Part shown: in pieces, positions 7,874-17,031 of the stretch
How the letters are laid out: every line of letters starts with the position of its first letter
How positions within the stretch are numbered: position 1 is the first letter of the stretch
Source: a bacterium
GTDB lineage: Bacteria > Methylomirabilota > Methylomirabilia > CAVQYV01
Length of the DNA: 20,605 bases
Assembly (NCBI GenBank): GCA_043800755.1
Contig: JAZDMQ010000074.1
Span: forward strand, 1-20,605
Direction of reading: 5' to 3'
The notes under the pieces: generated by a model
What the model saw: only the letters and a program-made list of their open reading frames with translations
Told to the model about the DNA's origin: nothing
Database searches by the model: none
Translations under genes and position numbers: made by a program

Positions 7874-8077
7874 ATGAAGACCTCAATCGGCATCGCCACC
7901 ATGGAAGAAGATGGCACCATCCTCTTGCAGCTTCGGGCAGAGGCCCCCGGCGGACTTGTGGGAGACGCCTGCCTGAGGCTTCCGCCAGGAGATCCCCATT
8001 ACGACGAGATCCTTCAGCACCTCGGCGGCTTGAGGAAAGGGGAAACGAAACCAGTTCCCCCGTGGCCCACCGAATGA
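7874..8077 (+). CDS. Small hypothetical protein (67 aa)
   Basis: MKTSIGIATMEEDGTILLQLRAE...HLGGLRKGETKPVPPWP; globular-looking composition and host-like codon usage; RBS weak. Confidence 0.65.
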   Translation: MKTSIGIATMEEDGTILLQLRAEAPGGLVGDACLRLPPGDPHYDEILQHLGGLRKGETKPVPPWPTE

Positions 8078-8097
8078 TCGCGGCCGTCGGCGATTGA

Positions 8098-8232
8098 ACC
8101 GCTCCCTCCGATGTCGCCTTGGCCCCGCGCCTTGCCCACCTTGGCCTGCTGGAGTTCGATCGAACAGAAGAGGCCGTCGAAGGGGGGCGCGCCTGCGTCC
8201 GGCGGAGCATGCCTGTCCTGAAAGAGCTGTTG
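8098..8232 (+). pseudogene. C-terminal fragment of an RssA/patatin-like (NTE family) phospholipase
   Basis: PSDVALAPRLAHLGLLEFDRTEEAVEGGRACVRRSMPVLKELL resembles the RssA C-terminus; in-frame TGA at 8095-8097 upstream, catalytic domain absent. Confidence 0.6.
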
Positions 8233-8336
8233 TCATCTGAAGACCCTGCCAGCGCAAAAAGGATGACGACGACTCCGGGCGAAGTTGCATTCTTCAGGCT
8301 GAATCCACTAATCTATCACCCCTCAAGGAGGAACCT

Positions 8337-9299
8337 ATGTCCGTATTGGTAACTGGTGGTTGTGGGCTCATCGGGTCCATGTTGGCCAGGATCCTGGTGG
8401 AAAAGGGAGAAGAGGTTTGGGTCTTCGACAAATTATCAGGCTCCCCGCGCCTTTCAGGGATCGAGGGCCAAGTGAAGATCCTCCAGGGGGATCTTGGAAA
8501 TCTCCCGCAGGTTTTGCAGGCGGTCAAGGAGAGCGCCCCCAGGGCCATCTTTCACCTGGGCTCCATGCTCTCCTTTCCTGCCAACGCCGATCCCCAGGCT
8601 GCCTTTTCCACCAATGTCGCCGGCACCTATCATGTCCTGGAGGCCGCCCGCCTCTTCCGCGTTCCCAAAGTGATCTTCACCAGCACCATGGCCACCTATG
8701 GGCTGCACATCCAAGAGCCGGTGATCAACGATTTCACCCTGCAACGCCCCATCACCATGTATGGCTCCACCAAGGTTTTCGCTGAGCTCCTGGGAAGGTT
8801 CTACCGCACTAAGTACGGCATTGACTTTCGCGCCGTGCGTTACCCTTCCATCGTGGGCCCGGGGGCCAATGTCGCCCATGTCTCCATCTACAATGCCTGG
8901 GCTGTGGAGAAGGCCTTCTATGGACAGCCCTATGACATCTTTGTGGAGCCGGACATCCGATGTCCGGTGCTCTATTTCAAGGACGCCGCCCGGGCTTTGA
9001 TTCTATTGGACGCCGCCCCAGCCGAATCGATCCAGATGGCCTGCTACCTCCTGGGCGGGATCAAGCCCATGACCTCGGCCCAGGAGCTGGTGGCGGAGAT
9101 CAAGAAGCACTTTCCCCAGGCCAAATTCGACTATAAGCCCGATCCCCTGGCCATGGCCTTTCACGGCAGCATGCAGGGGGTCGTCTACGATGACACCGTC
9201 GCAGAAAGGGAGTGGGGCTGGAGGCCCCAGTATTCCCTGGAAAGCATGGTGGCCGATTTCTATGCCGAGCTGAGGACACATCCGGAACGATACCGATGA
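8337..9299 (+). CDS. NAD-dependent epimerase/dehydratase, extended SDR (L-threonine dehydrogenase-like)
   Basis: VLVTGGCGLIG, IFHLG, TNVAGT, FTST, YGSTK (YxxxK), DFRAVRYP; RBS AAGGAGG. Confidence 0.9.
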   Translation: MSVLVTGGCGLIGSMLARILVEKGEEVWVFDKLSGSPRLSGIEGQVKILQGDLGNLPQVLQAVKESAPRAIFHLGSMLSFPANADPQAAFSTNVAGTYHVLEAARLFRVPKVIFTSTMATYGLHIQEPVINDFTLQRPITMYGSTKVFAELLGRFYRTKYGIDFRAVRYPSIVGPGANVAHVSIYNAWAVEKAFYGQPYDIFVEPDIRCPVLYFKDAARALILLDAAPAESIQMACYLLGGIKPMTSAQELVAEIKKHFPQAKFDYKPDPLAMAFHGSMQGVVYDDTVAEREWGWRPQYSLESMVADFYAELRTHPERYR

Positions 9300-9326
9300 A
9301 GCACGCCTTGTGGGAAGAAGGCAACC

Positions 9327-10658
9327 TTGCTGAAGATTAGGGATACGATCGCTAACCTCCGCTCCGGAGAGCTCGATCTACTCCATTATTTGACCAGCCT
9401 CTGTGCACGAATCGAGGCCGAGGAGCACAAGGTCCATGCCCTGATTCCCCGCACCTTCTACCGAACCAGGGTGCTGGAGGAGGCCTCGGATCTACTCAGC
9501 AGATATCCCAACCCGGATTCCCGTCCGGTCCTCTTCGGCATCCCGGTGGGCATCAAGGATATCTTTCGGGTGGCCGGATTTCCCACCCGGGCCGGTTCGA
9601 GCTTGCCGCCGGAGCTATTCGAAGGTCAGGAGGCCACCTCGGTTTCCCGCCTCAAAGGCGCAGGCGTGATCGTCATGGGGAAGACAGTAACCACGGAATT
9701 CGCCTGGCTGGAGCCGGGTCCCACTCGCAATCCCCATCGCCTGGAGCATACGCCGGGCGGCTCCAGCAGTGGCTCTGCTGCCGGGGTGGCCTGTGGGTTC
9801 TTTCCCTTCGCCCTGGGCACTCAAACTGCAGGCTCGATTACCCGTCCTGCGGCTTACTGCGGGGTTGTGGGATTCAAGCCCAGCTTCGGCCGGATTTCCA
9901 CCGCCGGGGTTATCCCCTTCTCCCCCTCAGCCGATCATGTGGGAATCTTCTGTCCTGACCCCTCAGGGATAGACCTCTTCATGATGGCGCTGGCCGAGGA
10001 TTGGCAACCGCTGGGCAATAGGACCTCGAAACCATCAGTGCTGGGCGTGCCAGAAGGCCTCTACTTCGCTCAGGCTTCGCACAATGCGCAGCAGCATTTT
10101 GAAGCTCAATTGACGAAGCTGCTCCACGCAGGGTATGAGGTCAAGCGGATCAGGACCTTGGAGGAGATAGGGACGGTCAACAAGCAGCACCGCAGGATGA
10201 TCGCCGGCGAAATGGCCAGGGTCCATTCCTCCTGGTTTAAGGAGCACGGCTATCTGTATCGTCCCAAGACGGCCCAAACGATTGAGCAAGGACTTACCGT
10301 AAGCGATCAGGAGCTGGAACGGCTCCGTTCGGGCCGCCTTCGATTCCGTGAGGGTCTGGAGCGGCAAATGGAGTCTGAAGGGATCGCCTTCTGGGTTTGT
10401 CCCTCCACGACAGATCATGCCCCCAAGGGACTCGAAAGCACCGGGAGCCCGGTCATGAATCTTCCCTGGACCTATGCCGGGCTTCCCACCCTCTCTCTGC
10501 CCTCCGGATTAGATCCTGCTGGGTTGCCGCTCGGGATCCAGGTGGTCGGCCGTTACCTGCGAGACGAAGACCTGGTGGTCAGTGCCATGGAACTTTTCGA
10601 GGCATTATCCGACCAGGAGGACCCTGAGAGGGCACAGGAGGAGTCTGCAGGTACTTGA
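9327..10658 (+). CDS. Amidase signature family enzyme
   Basis: GIPVGIKDIF, GKTVTTEFA, TRNPH, TPGGSSSGSAA, GTQTAGSITRPAAYCGVVGFKPS, GLPLGIQVVG. Confidence 0.93.
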   Translation: MLKIRDTIANLRSGELDLLHYLTSLCARIEAEEHKVHALIPRTFYRTRVLEEASDLLSRYPNPDSRPVLFGIPVGIKDIFRVAGFPTRAGSSLPPELFEGQEATSVSRLKGAGVIVMGKTVTTEFAWLEPGPTRNPHRLEHTPGGSSSGSAAGVACGFFPFALGTQTAGSITRPAAYCGVVGFKPSFGRISTAGVIPFSPSADHVGIFCPDPSGIDLFMMALAEDWQPLGNRTSKPSVLGVPEGLYFAQASHNAQQHFEAQLTKLLHAGYEVKRIRTLEEIGTVNKQHRRMIAGEMARVHSSWFKEHGYLYRPKTAQTIEQGLTVSDQELERLRSGRLRFREGLERQMESEGIAFWVCPSTTDHAPKGLESTGSPVMNLPWTYAGLPTLSLPSGLDPAGLPLGIQVVGRYLRDEDLVVSAMELFEALSDQEDPERAQEESAGT

Positions 10659-10803
10659 TGCAAGTGAAAATGACTCTCAATTCAGGCTGCAGTGTAGTAA
10701 ATGGGAGGGGGGGGCAATGCCCTCTTCGGGTTAGGAGATGCCCGGTCGCACTTCTGGTGGCCCTTCATGCCATCAATTTAGAACACTTACGGAGGAAGGA
10801 TCG

Positions 10804-12147
10804 ATGATTTCTCATAAGTTAGCCAAAAGGCATGCCAGTGGAAATCCTATTCGCGTCGGCTGGGTAGGGGCGGGTCGCATGAATACGGGCGCCATCTGTC
10901 AGACCGCCTTGATGAAAGGGATATTCAACGCGGTGATCTGCGATATCCGACCGGAAGCGGCGATCCGCGCTTACGAGATCAATGGCTTCAAGCGGGGGGA
11001 TATCCTGATCACCGATAGTGCCTCGCTCGCCAATGACGCCATCCGAAAGGGCAAGCCGGTGATCACCCAGAATAGCCTCTTGATGCCCGAGTTGGAGCTT
11101 GATTGCGTGGTGGAGGGAACCGGGGTGCCGGAGGTGGGGGCCCAAGTAGCCTTCCGCTGCATACACGGCGGGAAGAATATCATCATGTTGAATGTGGAGG
11201 CCGATGTGGTGGTGGGCCCGATCCTGCACCGTATGGCGGAGAAGGCGGGCGTCATCTACTCCGTTTCCAGCGGGGACGAGCCCGGGCTGATCACCGAGCT
11301 GGTCGATCGTTGGGGTGGCCTCGGCTTTGAGGTAGTGGCCGTGGGCAAGACCCCTGCCAGCCTGGGAAAGATGGATAAACACGCGACCCCCGAGACGATC
11401 GCCGAGGATGCCAAGGCCCTCAACATCAACCCCCACTTCCTGGTCACCTTCCGAGATACCACCAAGACCGCCATCGAGATGTCCTGCATCTCCAATGCCA
11501 CCGGACTGATCCCGGATGTCAGGGGCATGCATGGGCCGGTAGCCGGCATCTACGATATGGCCAAGATCTTCTGCTTGACGGGAGAGGGCGGCATCCTCAA
11601 CCGGCGGGGTGTGGTCGACTACGCGCGCCCCCTGCTTTTGTCGGACGGCTCTATCGATTTTGTGAATAGCGTCACCCCGGGGGTCTTCGTGGTCGTCCGC
11701 ACCACCCATCCGCAGATTCAGCAGGATCTCGATTATTTCAATGTCGTCCGCTCCGGTGACTACTTTACCTTCTATACCCCCTATCACCTGGTCACCAATG
11801 AGATTCCCCTTTCCATCATCTGGGCGGTCGAAGACCACGAGCCCACGGTTGTCCCTCGCTCCGGCCTTTTGACCGAGGTGATCGGCGCGGCCAAGTCCAA
11901 TCTCAAGGCGGGGACCATCATCGACGGCGGCGGGGGGTTCACTGTCTACGCTGTAAACGATCTGGCCTGCGTGGCCAAGAAGGAAGGATGCGTCCCCTTT
12001 GGCCTGCTGGAGGGCGCCAAGCTGGCCAAGGATGTCAAGGTGGATCAGGTGATCACCCAGGACATGGTGGAGTTGAAGACCGACACGCTGATCTATCATC
12101 TGCGCAAGCTGCAAGACGAGTTGATCCCACCCACCGAGGCGAAATAA
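10804..12147 (+). CDS. NAD(P)-dependent oxidoreductase, homoserine-dehydrogenase-like with C-terminal SAF domain
   Basis: IRVGWVGAGRM, VVEGTGVP, NVEADVVVGP, GDEPG, DTTKTAIEM, NATGL, YTPYHL, AKSNLKAGTIIDGGGGFTVY; ATG 10804 after GGAGGAAGGA. Confidence 0.88.
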   Translation: MISHKLAKRHASGNPIRVGWVGAGRMNTGAICQTALMKGIFNAVICDIRPEAAIRAYEINGFKRGDILITDSASLANDAIRKGKPVITQNSLLMPELELDCVVEGTGVPEVGAQVAFRCIHGGKNIIMLNVEADVVVGPILHRMAEKAGVIYSVSSGDEPGLITELVDRWGGLGFEVVAVGKTPASLGKMDKHATPETIAEDAKALNINPHFLVTFRDTTKTAIEMSCISNATGLIPDVRGMHGPVAGIYDMAKIFCLTGEGGILNRRGVVDYARPLLLSDGSIDFVNSVTPGVFVVVRTTHPQIQQDLDYFNVVRSGDYFTFYTPYHLVTNEIPLSIIWAVEDHEPTVVPRSGLLTEVIGAAKSNLKAGTIIDGGGGFTVYAVNDLACVAKKEGCVPFGLLEGAKLAKDVKVDQVITQDMVELKTDTLIYHLRKLQDELIPPTEAK

Positions 12148-12296
12148 CTGAAGGCGCATGGAGAGCGCTGATGATGGAGTTATCACGGGGTGAGCGGGCG
12201 GAAGCGGGATTTGAAAACAGAGCTTACTGGCGCCTGAGAGTTCAGGACAGCTTGGCGAGGGACTCTAATACCTAACAAGATCGAGGGAGGAGTGCC

Positions 12297-12953
12297 ATGA
12301 AATTAAGATCGTTTTGGGCCCTTTGTCTGATGTTTTCCGTTTTGCTCCTTTTCTCCGCCGGCACCTTTGCCCAGGAGATGAAACCGATCCAGCTCTGCAA
12401 GCCCCAGATGGAGGGCGGAAGGCCCCTGCTGGAGGTGCTGAAGGATCGCAAGTCCTCGCGTGAATTCAGCACCCAGAAGCTTCCCGTGCAACAGCTTTCT
12501 AATCTCTTGTGGGCCGCCTTCGGGGTCAATCGCGTCGATGCCGGAAAGAGGACGGCCCCCTCGGCTCGGAACAAACAGGAAATCGACATCTACGTCGCGT
12601 CTGCCGATGGCCTTTACCTCTATGAGCCGAAGGAATACGCCTTAAGGCCAATCTTACAGGAAGATATCCGGGCGCTCACCGGACTCCAGCCCTTTGTGAT
12701 GATGGCGGCGGTAAACCTCATCTATGTGGCTGATTATTCTCGGATGGCCGGCTATATCCCCGAGCAGAAGGATTTCTATTCGGCCGCCAATACCGGATTC
12801 ATCAGCGAGAATGTTTACCTCTACTGCGCCTCCGAGGGATTGGCCACCGTGGTGCGGGGCCTGATCGACCGGCCCGTCCTGGCGCAGGCGATGGGGTTGG
12901 GGCAGGACCAGAAGATCATCCTCGCCCAGACGGTGGGATATCCGAAAAAGTAG
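12297..12953 (+). CDS. Nitroreductase / SagB-ThcOx-like FMN-binding protein with signal peptide
   Basis: Signal peptide ending TFA-QE; RKSSREFS, LSNLLWAAFG, RTAPSA, GFISENVYLYCASEGL, QTVGYP; RBS GGGAGGAG. Confidence 0.9.
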   Translation: MKLRSFWALCLMFSVLLLFSAGTFAQEMKPIQLCKPQMEGGRPLLEVLKDRKSSREFSTQKLPVQQLSNLLWAAFGVNRVDAGKRTAPSARNKQEIDIYVASADGLYLYEPKEYALRPILQEDIRALTGLQPFVMMAAVNLIYVADYSRMAGYIPEQKDFYSAANTGFISENVYLYCASEGLATVVRGLIDRPVLAQAMGLGQDQKIILAQTVGYPKK

Positions 12954-13025
12954 CGAGGGAGGGAAATGGGTTTGTCATCCTTCTCCCACCGCTTCATCGC
13001 CGAGTTCATGATGATCATCCAATAG

Positions 13026-13115
13026 AAGGTGGCAGGCACGGAGAAGGGCCTGGGGAGCCAGCCAGAGGCAATCTTCAGCACCTGCTTTGGGGCGCCCTTC
13101 CTGGCCCTCTCTCCA
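13026..13115 (+). pseudogene. pckA: 30-codon internal fragment of ATP-dependent PEP carboxykinase
   Basis: KVAGTEKGLGSQPEAIFSTCFGAPFLALSP matches the conserved PckA segment K(V/L)AGTE.G...P..TFS.CFG.PF..L.P; preceded by an in-frame TAG. Confidence 0.75.
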
Positions 13116-13143
13116 ATGAACCAAGAAAAGAGGAGGAATTCCT

Positions 13144-14187
13144 TTGAACACCAAAGAGAGGATTCTTGCTGCCCTGGAATGGGGCGAGCCGGATCGGGTG
13201 CCGCTCACCATCTACGATTGGATGCTGCCCCGGGGCATGACCGAGCGGAGGCTGCGCGAATCGGGCGTGGGCCTGATCACGCGTCTGCCTGCCCATCGCG
13301 TCCAGCATCGTCAGGTCGAGTTCATTACCCGCGAGTACCAGCAAAACGGCCACAAGCTCACCAGGCGGACCATCCATACGCCCGTGGGCGAGGTCTGGCA
13401 GACCCTGGAGCCAGACGAGGCCTATGAAACCTCCAACTGGATCAAGGAGCACTTCATCAAGGGGCCCGAGGATTATCGGGTGATGGAGTTCTACTTCGAG
13501 GACGCCATCTACCGCGATAACTACGCCGCCATCCGGGAAGCCCAGCGCAGGATGGGCAATGACGGCATCGTGATCGTGCGGGTGGCGAAGGGAGCCATCC
13601 AGGAGATGCTCTATCAGATGATGGGCATGGAGCGCTTCGCCTTCGACTACCACGAGCGGCGCGACCTTTTCGATTCCCTGTACTCTGCCATGGTGAGACG
13701 GTATGGGGAGCTTTACGATCTCGCCGCGGGGTCGCCGGCGGAGATCCTCCAGCTGGCCGATAACATCACCAGCGATGTGGTGGGAAGGGAGCGCTTCCGG
13801 AACTATCTCATGCCGGAGTACCGGAGGCTAAAGCAGCGCCTGGTCGGGTCTGGTAAGAAGCTGGCGGTGCACATGGACGGCCGGCTGAAATCCTTGAAGC
13901 AGGAGATTGCCGCGGCCGAGTTCGACATCCTCGAGGCGATGACCCCCTCCCCGATGGGCGACGTCTCGGTGCGGGAGGCCCGCGAGGCCTGGCCGGACAA
14001 GGCGCTCTGGATCAACTTCACCAGCTCGGTGCACATCGAGCCCCCTGCCGCCATCGAGGCCCACACCCGGCAGCTTTTGCAGGAGGCAGGAGGAAAGCGC
14101 GGCTTCGCCATTAGCGTGACCGAGGATGCCCCGGTCGAGGCCCTGGAGAAGAGCCTCACGGTCATTTCTTCCGTGCTAAACGAGTAA
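13144..14187 (+). CDS. Uroporphyrinogen decarboxylase (URO-D/MtaA-like) family protein of unknown substrate
   Basis: MNTKERILAALEWGEPDRVP, TPVGE, EHFIKGPEDY, MGMERF, LADN, VHMDG; TTG start after AGGAGG. Confidence 0.85.
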   Translation: MNTKERILAALEWGEPDRVPLTIYDWMLPRGMTERRLRESGVGLITRLPAHRVQHRQVEFITREYQQNGHKLTRRTIHTPVGEVWQTLEPDEAYETSNWIKEHFIKGPEDYRVMEFYFEDAIYRDNYAAIREAQRRMGNDGIVIVRVAKGAIQEMLYQMMGMERFAFDYHERRDLFDSLYSAMVRRYGELYDLAAGSPAEILQLADNITSDVVGRERFRNYLMPEYRRLKQRLVGSGKKLAVHMDGRLKSLKQEIAAAEFDILEAMTPSPMGDVSVREAREAWPDKALWINFTSSVHIEPPAAIEAHTRQLLQEAGGKRGFAISVTEDAPVEALEKSLTVISSVLNE

Positions 14188-14294
14188 AGAAAAAGATGCG
14201 CGAGAGTGGAGCCCGGGACCCTTTCCCGGCCGGGCCTTCCTCCCGCCGACTCTCTCATGGATCATGGCGGAGAAGATTTGTTGATCCCTGCCCT

Positions 14295-15608
14295 TTACTC
14301 CAGGATCGCCTGATAGGTCAGGACCCGGAACTTCTCATCCAGATCCAGATGGCGGTTGGGACGGATCTGGGTCAGTATGATGCCGATCAGGTCCTCTTTA
14401 GGATCGACCCAGAATCGGGTGTAGAAGTAGCCGCTCCAGTTGTATTCCCCTTTCGATTCGATCCGGCCGGACCGCTCGGGATCGGTCAGCACCGCGAAGC
14501 CTAGGCCGAACTTATAGTCCGGATCGCGGAGGAAGACCTCCAGATCGCCGATGTGATTTCGGGTCATCAGTGCCACGGTCTCTCGGCCCAGTAATCTCAC
14601 CCCCTCCAGCTCCCCTCCATTCAACAACATCTGCAGGAATCGCACATAATCTGCGGCCGTGGAGGCCAGGCCTGCACCGCCGGAGAAGTAGGTCCGCGGA
14701 CCCCGGTAGTGCCAGCTGGACGAGAAGACCTCCGAGCCCATCCTCACCGGCTCTTCCGGGAGCTTGCTAACCCCTCCCTGTCCATTGGGCGTATAGACCG
14801 CCGAGAGACGGCCCAGCTTCTCCTGGGGCAGGAAGAAGTGGGTATCCTCCATGCCCAGCGGCTTAAAGATGCGCTCCTGGAAGAATTGGTCCAGGGGCAT
14901 CCCGGAGACCACCTCCACCAGGCAGCCCAGCACATCGGTATTCAGGCCGTACTCCCAGGCCTCTCCCGGTTGGTTCATCAGAGGCAACTTGGCCAGCTTG
15001 CTCACGCCCTGGGCGATGGTCCCCTCGGTCTGCACCAGGCCGTCGGAGACGCCGGCCTGCGCGTAGAGCTTGCCCAGATGTCTGCGCCCCCAAAAACCAT
15101 AGCTGATCCCCGAGGTGTGGTCCAGGAGGTGGCGGATGGTGATCTCCCGTTTCGCCGGGACCAGGTGGTACTGCCCCTCCTGGTCGCCGTCCGAGATCAG
15201 TACCGCGGGGTTCTTGAATTCCGGAAGGTACTTGGAGAGGGAATCCTTCAGCAGGATGCGGCCCTCCTCCAACAGCATCATCACCGCCACCGAGGTGATG
15301 GGCTTGGTCATGGAGGCGATGCGAAAGATGGCCTCATTGCACATTGTCTTGCCCTCGTCCATCAGGCCAAAGCTCTTGCAGTAGGCAATCTTGCCATGTC
15401 GCGCGATCAGGGCCACCGCCCCGGAGATCTGGTTTCGATCCACAAAATCCTGCATCACCCTGTCAACCCTCTCCAGGCGCTCCGAGGAGAGTCCCACCTC
15501 CTCCGGTGAGGCGCTGGGCAGTCCCTGCGCGAAGACAGCGGGAACGATCAGTAAGCAAATCAGGCAACACGGCAACAGCGTTCTGAAACCGGTTTTCAAC
15601 CTCTTCAT
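14295..15608 (-). CDS. Secreted serine hydrolase, beta-lactamase/class C-like family
   Basis: Signal peptide (…PAVFA-QG), FRIASMTK (SxxK), LLDHTSG, PGEAWEYG, IFKPLGMEDT, SGGAGL, WSG; ATG 15608 after GGAGGAGG. Confidence 0.92.
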   Translation of the reverse strand: MKRLKTGFRTLLPCCLICLLIVPAVFAQGLPSASPEEVGLSSERLERVDRVMQDFVDRNQISGAVALIARHGKIAYCKSFGLMDEGKTMCNEAIFRIASMTKPITSVAVMMLLEEGRILLKDSLSKYLPEFKNPAVLISDGDQEGQYHLVPAKREITIRHLLDHTSGISYGFWGRRHLGKLYAQAGVSDGLVQTEGTIAQGVSKLAKLPLMNQPGEAWEYGLNTDVLGCLVEVVSGMPLDQFFQERIFKPLGMEDTHFFLPQEKLGRLSAVYTPNGQGGVSKLPEEPVRMGSEVFSSSWHYRGPRTYFSGGAGLASTAADYVRFLQMLLNGGELEGVRLLGRETVALMTRNHIGDLEVFLRDPDYKFGLGFAVLTDPERSGRIESKGEYNWSGYFYTRFWVDPKEDLIGIILTQIRPNRHLDLDEKFRVLTYQAILE

Positions 15609-15662
15609 TTCGGCCTCCTCCATGCGGGCTTGAACTCCAATCTTCGCCCCGGCTCCTTTTCC

Positions 15663-15747
15663 TTGACAGCCGGCTCTCGATCGGGTATCGGTGTACAAGA
15701 TCGGTCTTGCACCCAAGACCGATAACAGAGCCCGGCCCATTTGTCAA
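15663..15747. promoter_or_regulatory. Quasi-palindromic divergent control region with a central perfect hairpin
   Basis: TTGACA-N17-TATCGG on both strands facing each other; ATCGGTCTTG-CACC-CAAGACCGAT (15700-15723). Confidence 0.4.
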
Positions 15748-15781
15748 TCCGATTTGGCTGGCCTCTGAGCGGAGAAACGCC

Positions 15782-16909
15782 ATGTTGCCCAAGGAACGCA
15801 TGATCGCCGCATTGCAGCACCGGGAGGCGGATCGCGCCCCGGTCGGCGAGACCGGGGCGGACTGGGAGATCACGGACCGCGTCCTCGGGCGCCCGACCTA
15901 CTACCGCTCGAAGTGGCGGGAGTGGGTCGCCGAATGGGAGGGTCGGCGCGAGGAGATCGTCCAATCCTACAAGGCCGACATCGTCGACCTAGCCCGCAGG
16001 CTGGAGTGGGACTTCCTCGTGGTACCCCTGGTGCCGGCGCGCCGGAAGGAGTACGAAAGGCCGGAGATGCTCGGGGAGTTCAAGTGGCGCGACCGATCGG
16101 GAAAGGTCTGGCAATACTCCCCGGAATCCGGAGGCCACCCGCTGCTGTTGGAGGCACCGCCCATGGGCGTGGACGATCTCCTCGTGCCGGAGCGGGTCGA
16201 GGTGGACGAATCGCGTCTGGAGGCCATCGCCCACACGGTGAAGGAGATCGGGGGCACCCACTTCGTGTTCGGCCGCCCCCCGGATGGCACCTTCCCCTGG
16301 ATCGAGACGGTGGGGATGGAGGAATTCCTCATCCGCATGGTGACCGATCCCGGGTTCGTGTCCAAGGCGGTCTCTGCCAGCCTGAAGACGGCCCTCGCCT
16401 GGACCGAGGCGATCTGCGATCTCGGCGTGGACGGGATCCTGGTGGGCACCGACTACTGCGACAACCGGGGGCCGCTCATGGGGCCCCATTACTTCCGCCA
16501 GTTCGTCCTGCCTGCCCTGGCCCAGATGTCCCAGACGGCCCGCCAGAAGGGAAAGTTCTTCGTGAAGCATACGGACGGCAACACCTGGTCGATCCTGGAT
16601 GATTTCGTGGAAGCCGGGGTGGATGGCTGGCAGGGAATCCAGCCGAGCATCGGCATGGACCTCAAGCAGCTCAAGGAGAAATACGCGGGCAGGCTCTGTC
16701 TTTTCGGAGGGGTGAACAACGAGACCTTGATCGCGGGCACGCCCCAGGAAGTGGTGGAGGAGGTCAAATACGCCATTCGCCATGCCGCGCCCGGGGGCGG
16801 CCTGGTGCTCACCTCAGGCAACACCCTCCAGGTGGGCACCCAGTACGACAACTACATGGCCATGCGCTCCGCGGCCCGGGAGTTCGGCCGGTATCCAATC
16901 GGTTGGTGA
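15782..16909 (+). CDS. Second URO-D family protein of unknown substrate
   Basis: MLPKERMIAALQHREADRAP, GMEEFL, GTDYCDNRGPLMGP, KHTDGN, GIQP, LKEKYAGRLCLFGGV, PGGGLVLTSGN; ATG 15782 after GGAG. Confidence 0.88.
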   Translation: MLPKERMIAALQHREADRAPVGETGADWEITDRVLGRPTYYRSKWREWVAEWEGRREEIVQSYKADIVDLARRLEWDFLVVPLVPARRKEYERPEMLGEFKWRDRSGKVWQYSPESGGHPLLLEAPPMGVDDLLVPERVEVDESRLEAIAHTVKEIGGTHFVFGRPPDGTFPWIETVGMEEFLIRMVTDPGFVSKAVSASLKTALAWTEAICDLGVDGILVGTDYCDNRGPLMGPHYFRQFVLPALAQMSQTARQKGKFFVKHTDGNTWSILDDFVEAGVDGWQGIQPSIGMDLKQLKEKYAGRLCLFGGVNNETLIAGTPQEVVEEVKYAIRHAAPGGGLVLTSGNTLQVGTQYDNYMAMRSAAREFGRYPIGW

Positions 16910-16982
16910 GCCTGCCATTTTCAATTGCTTCTCTCAACACAGACAACGCCCGTGCATGCTGGACAGTCGAGGATTTACAGCG

Positions 16983-17029
16983 ATGTTAAAAGTAAAGACC
17001 TGACCCCATTTTCTTTCCATTTTCTTTCC
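16983..17029. repeat. Half of a GGGGTCAGGTCT-type inverted-repeat element followed by an 11-bp tandem duplication
   Basis: ATGTTAAAAGTAAAGACCTGACCCC (16983-17007), then CCATTTTCTTT twice (17006-17027). Confidence 0.45.
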
Positions 17030-17031
17030 TG

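Noticed and set aside
7506-7877. 123-aa ORF as one intact gene
   Set aside because: Its second half is out of frame with the more protein-like continuation; treated as a frameshifted gene 7536-7818.
10819-12186. 455-aa minus-strand ORF (likewise 14709-15509 + and 15989-16783 -)
   Set aside because: Antisense to well-supported genes; long shadow ORFs are expected with GC-rich codon bias, and no motifs were seen.
13029-13427. 132-aa ORF as a real pckA-like gene
   Set aside because: Only the first ~30 codons resemble PckA; the rest overlaps the URO-D gene out of frame.
14295-15608. Antibiotic-resistance beta-lactamase
   Set aside because: SxxK family membership is clear, but it has a WSG motif rather than KTG and resembles esterase/peptidase members; resistance cannot be inferred.
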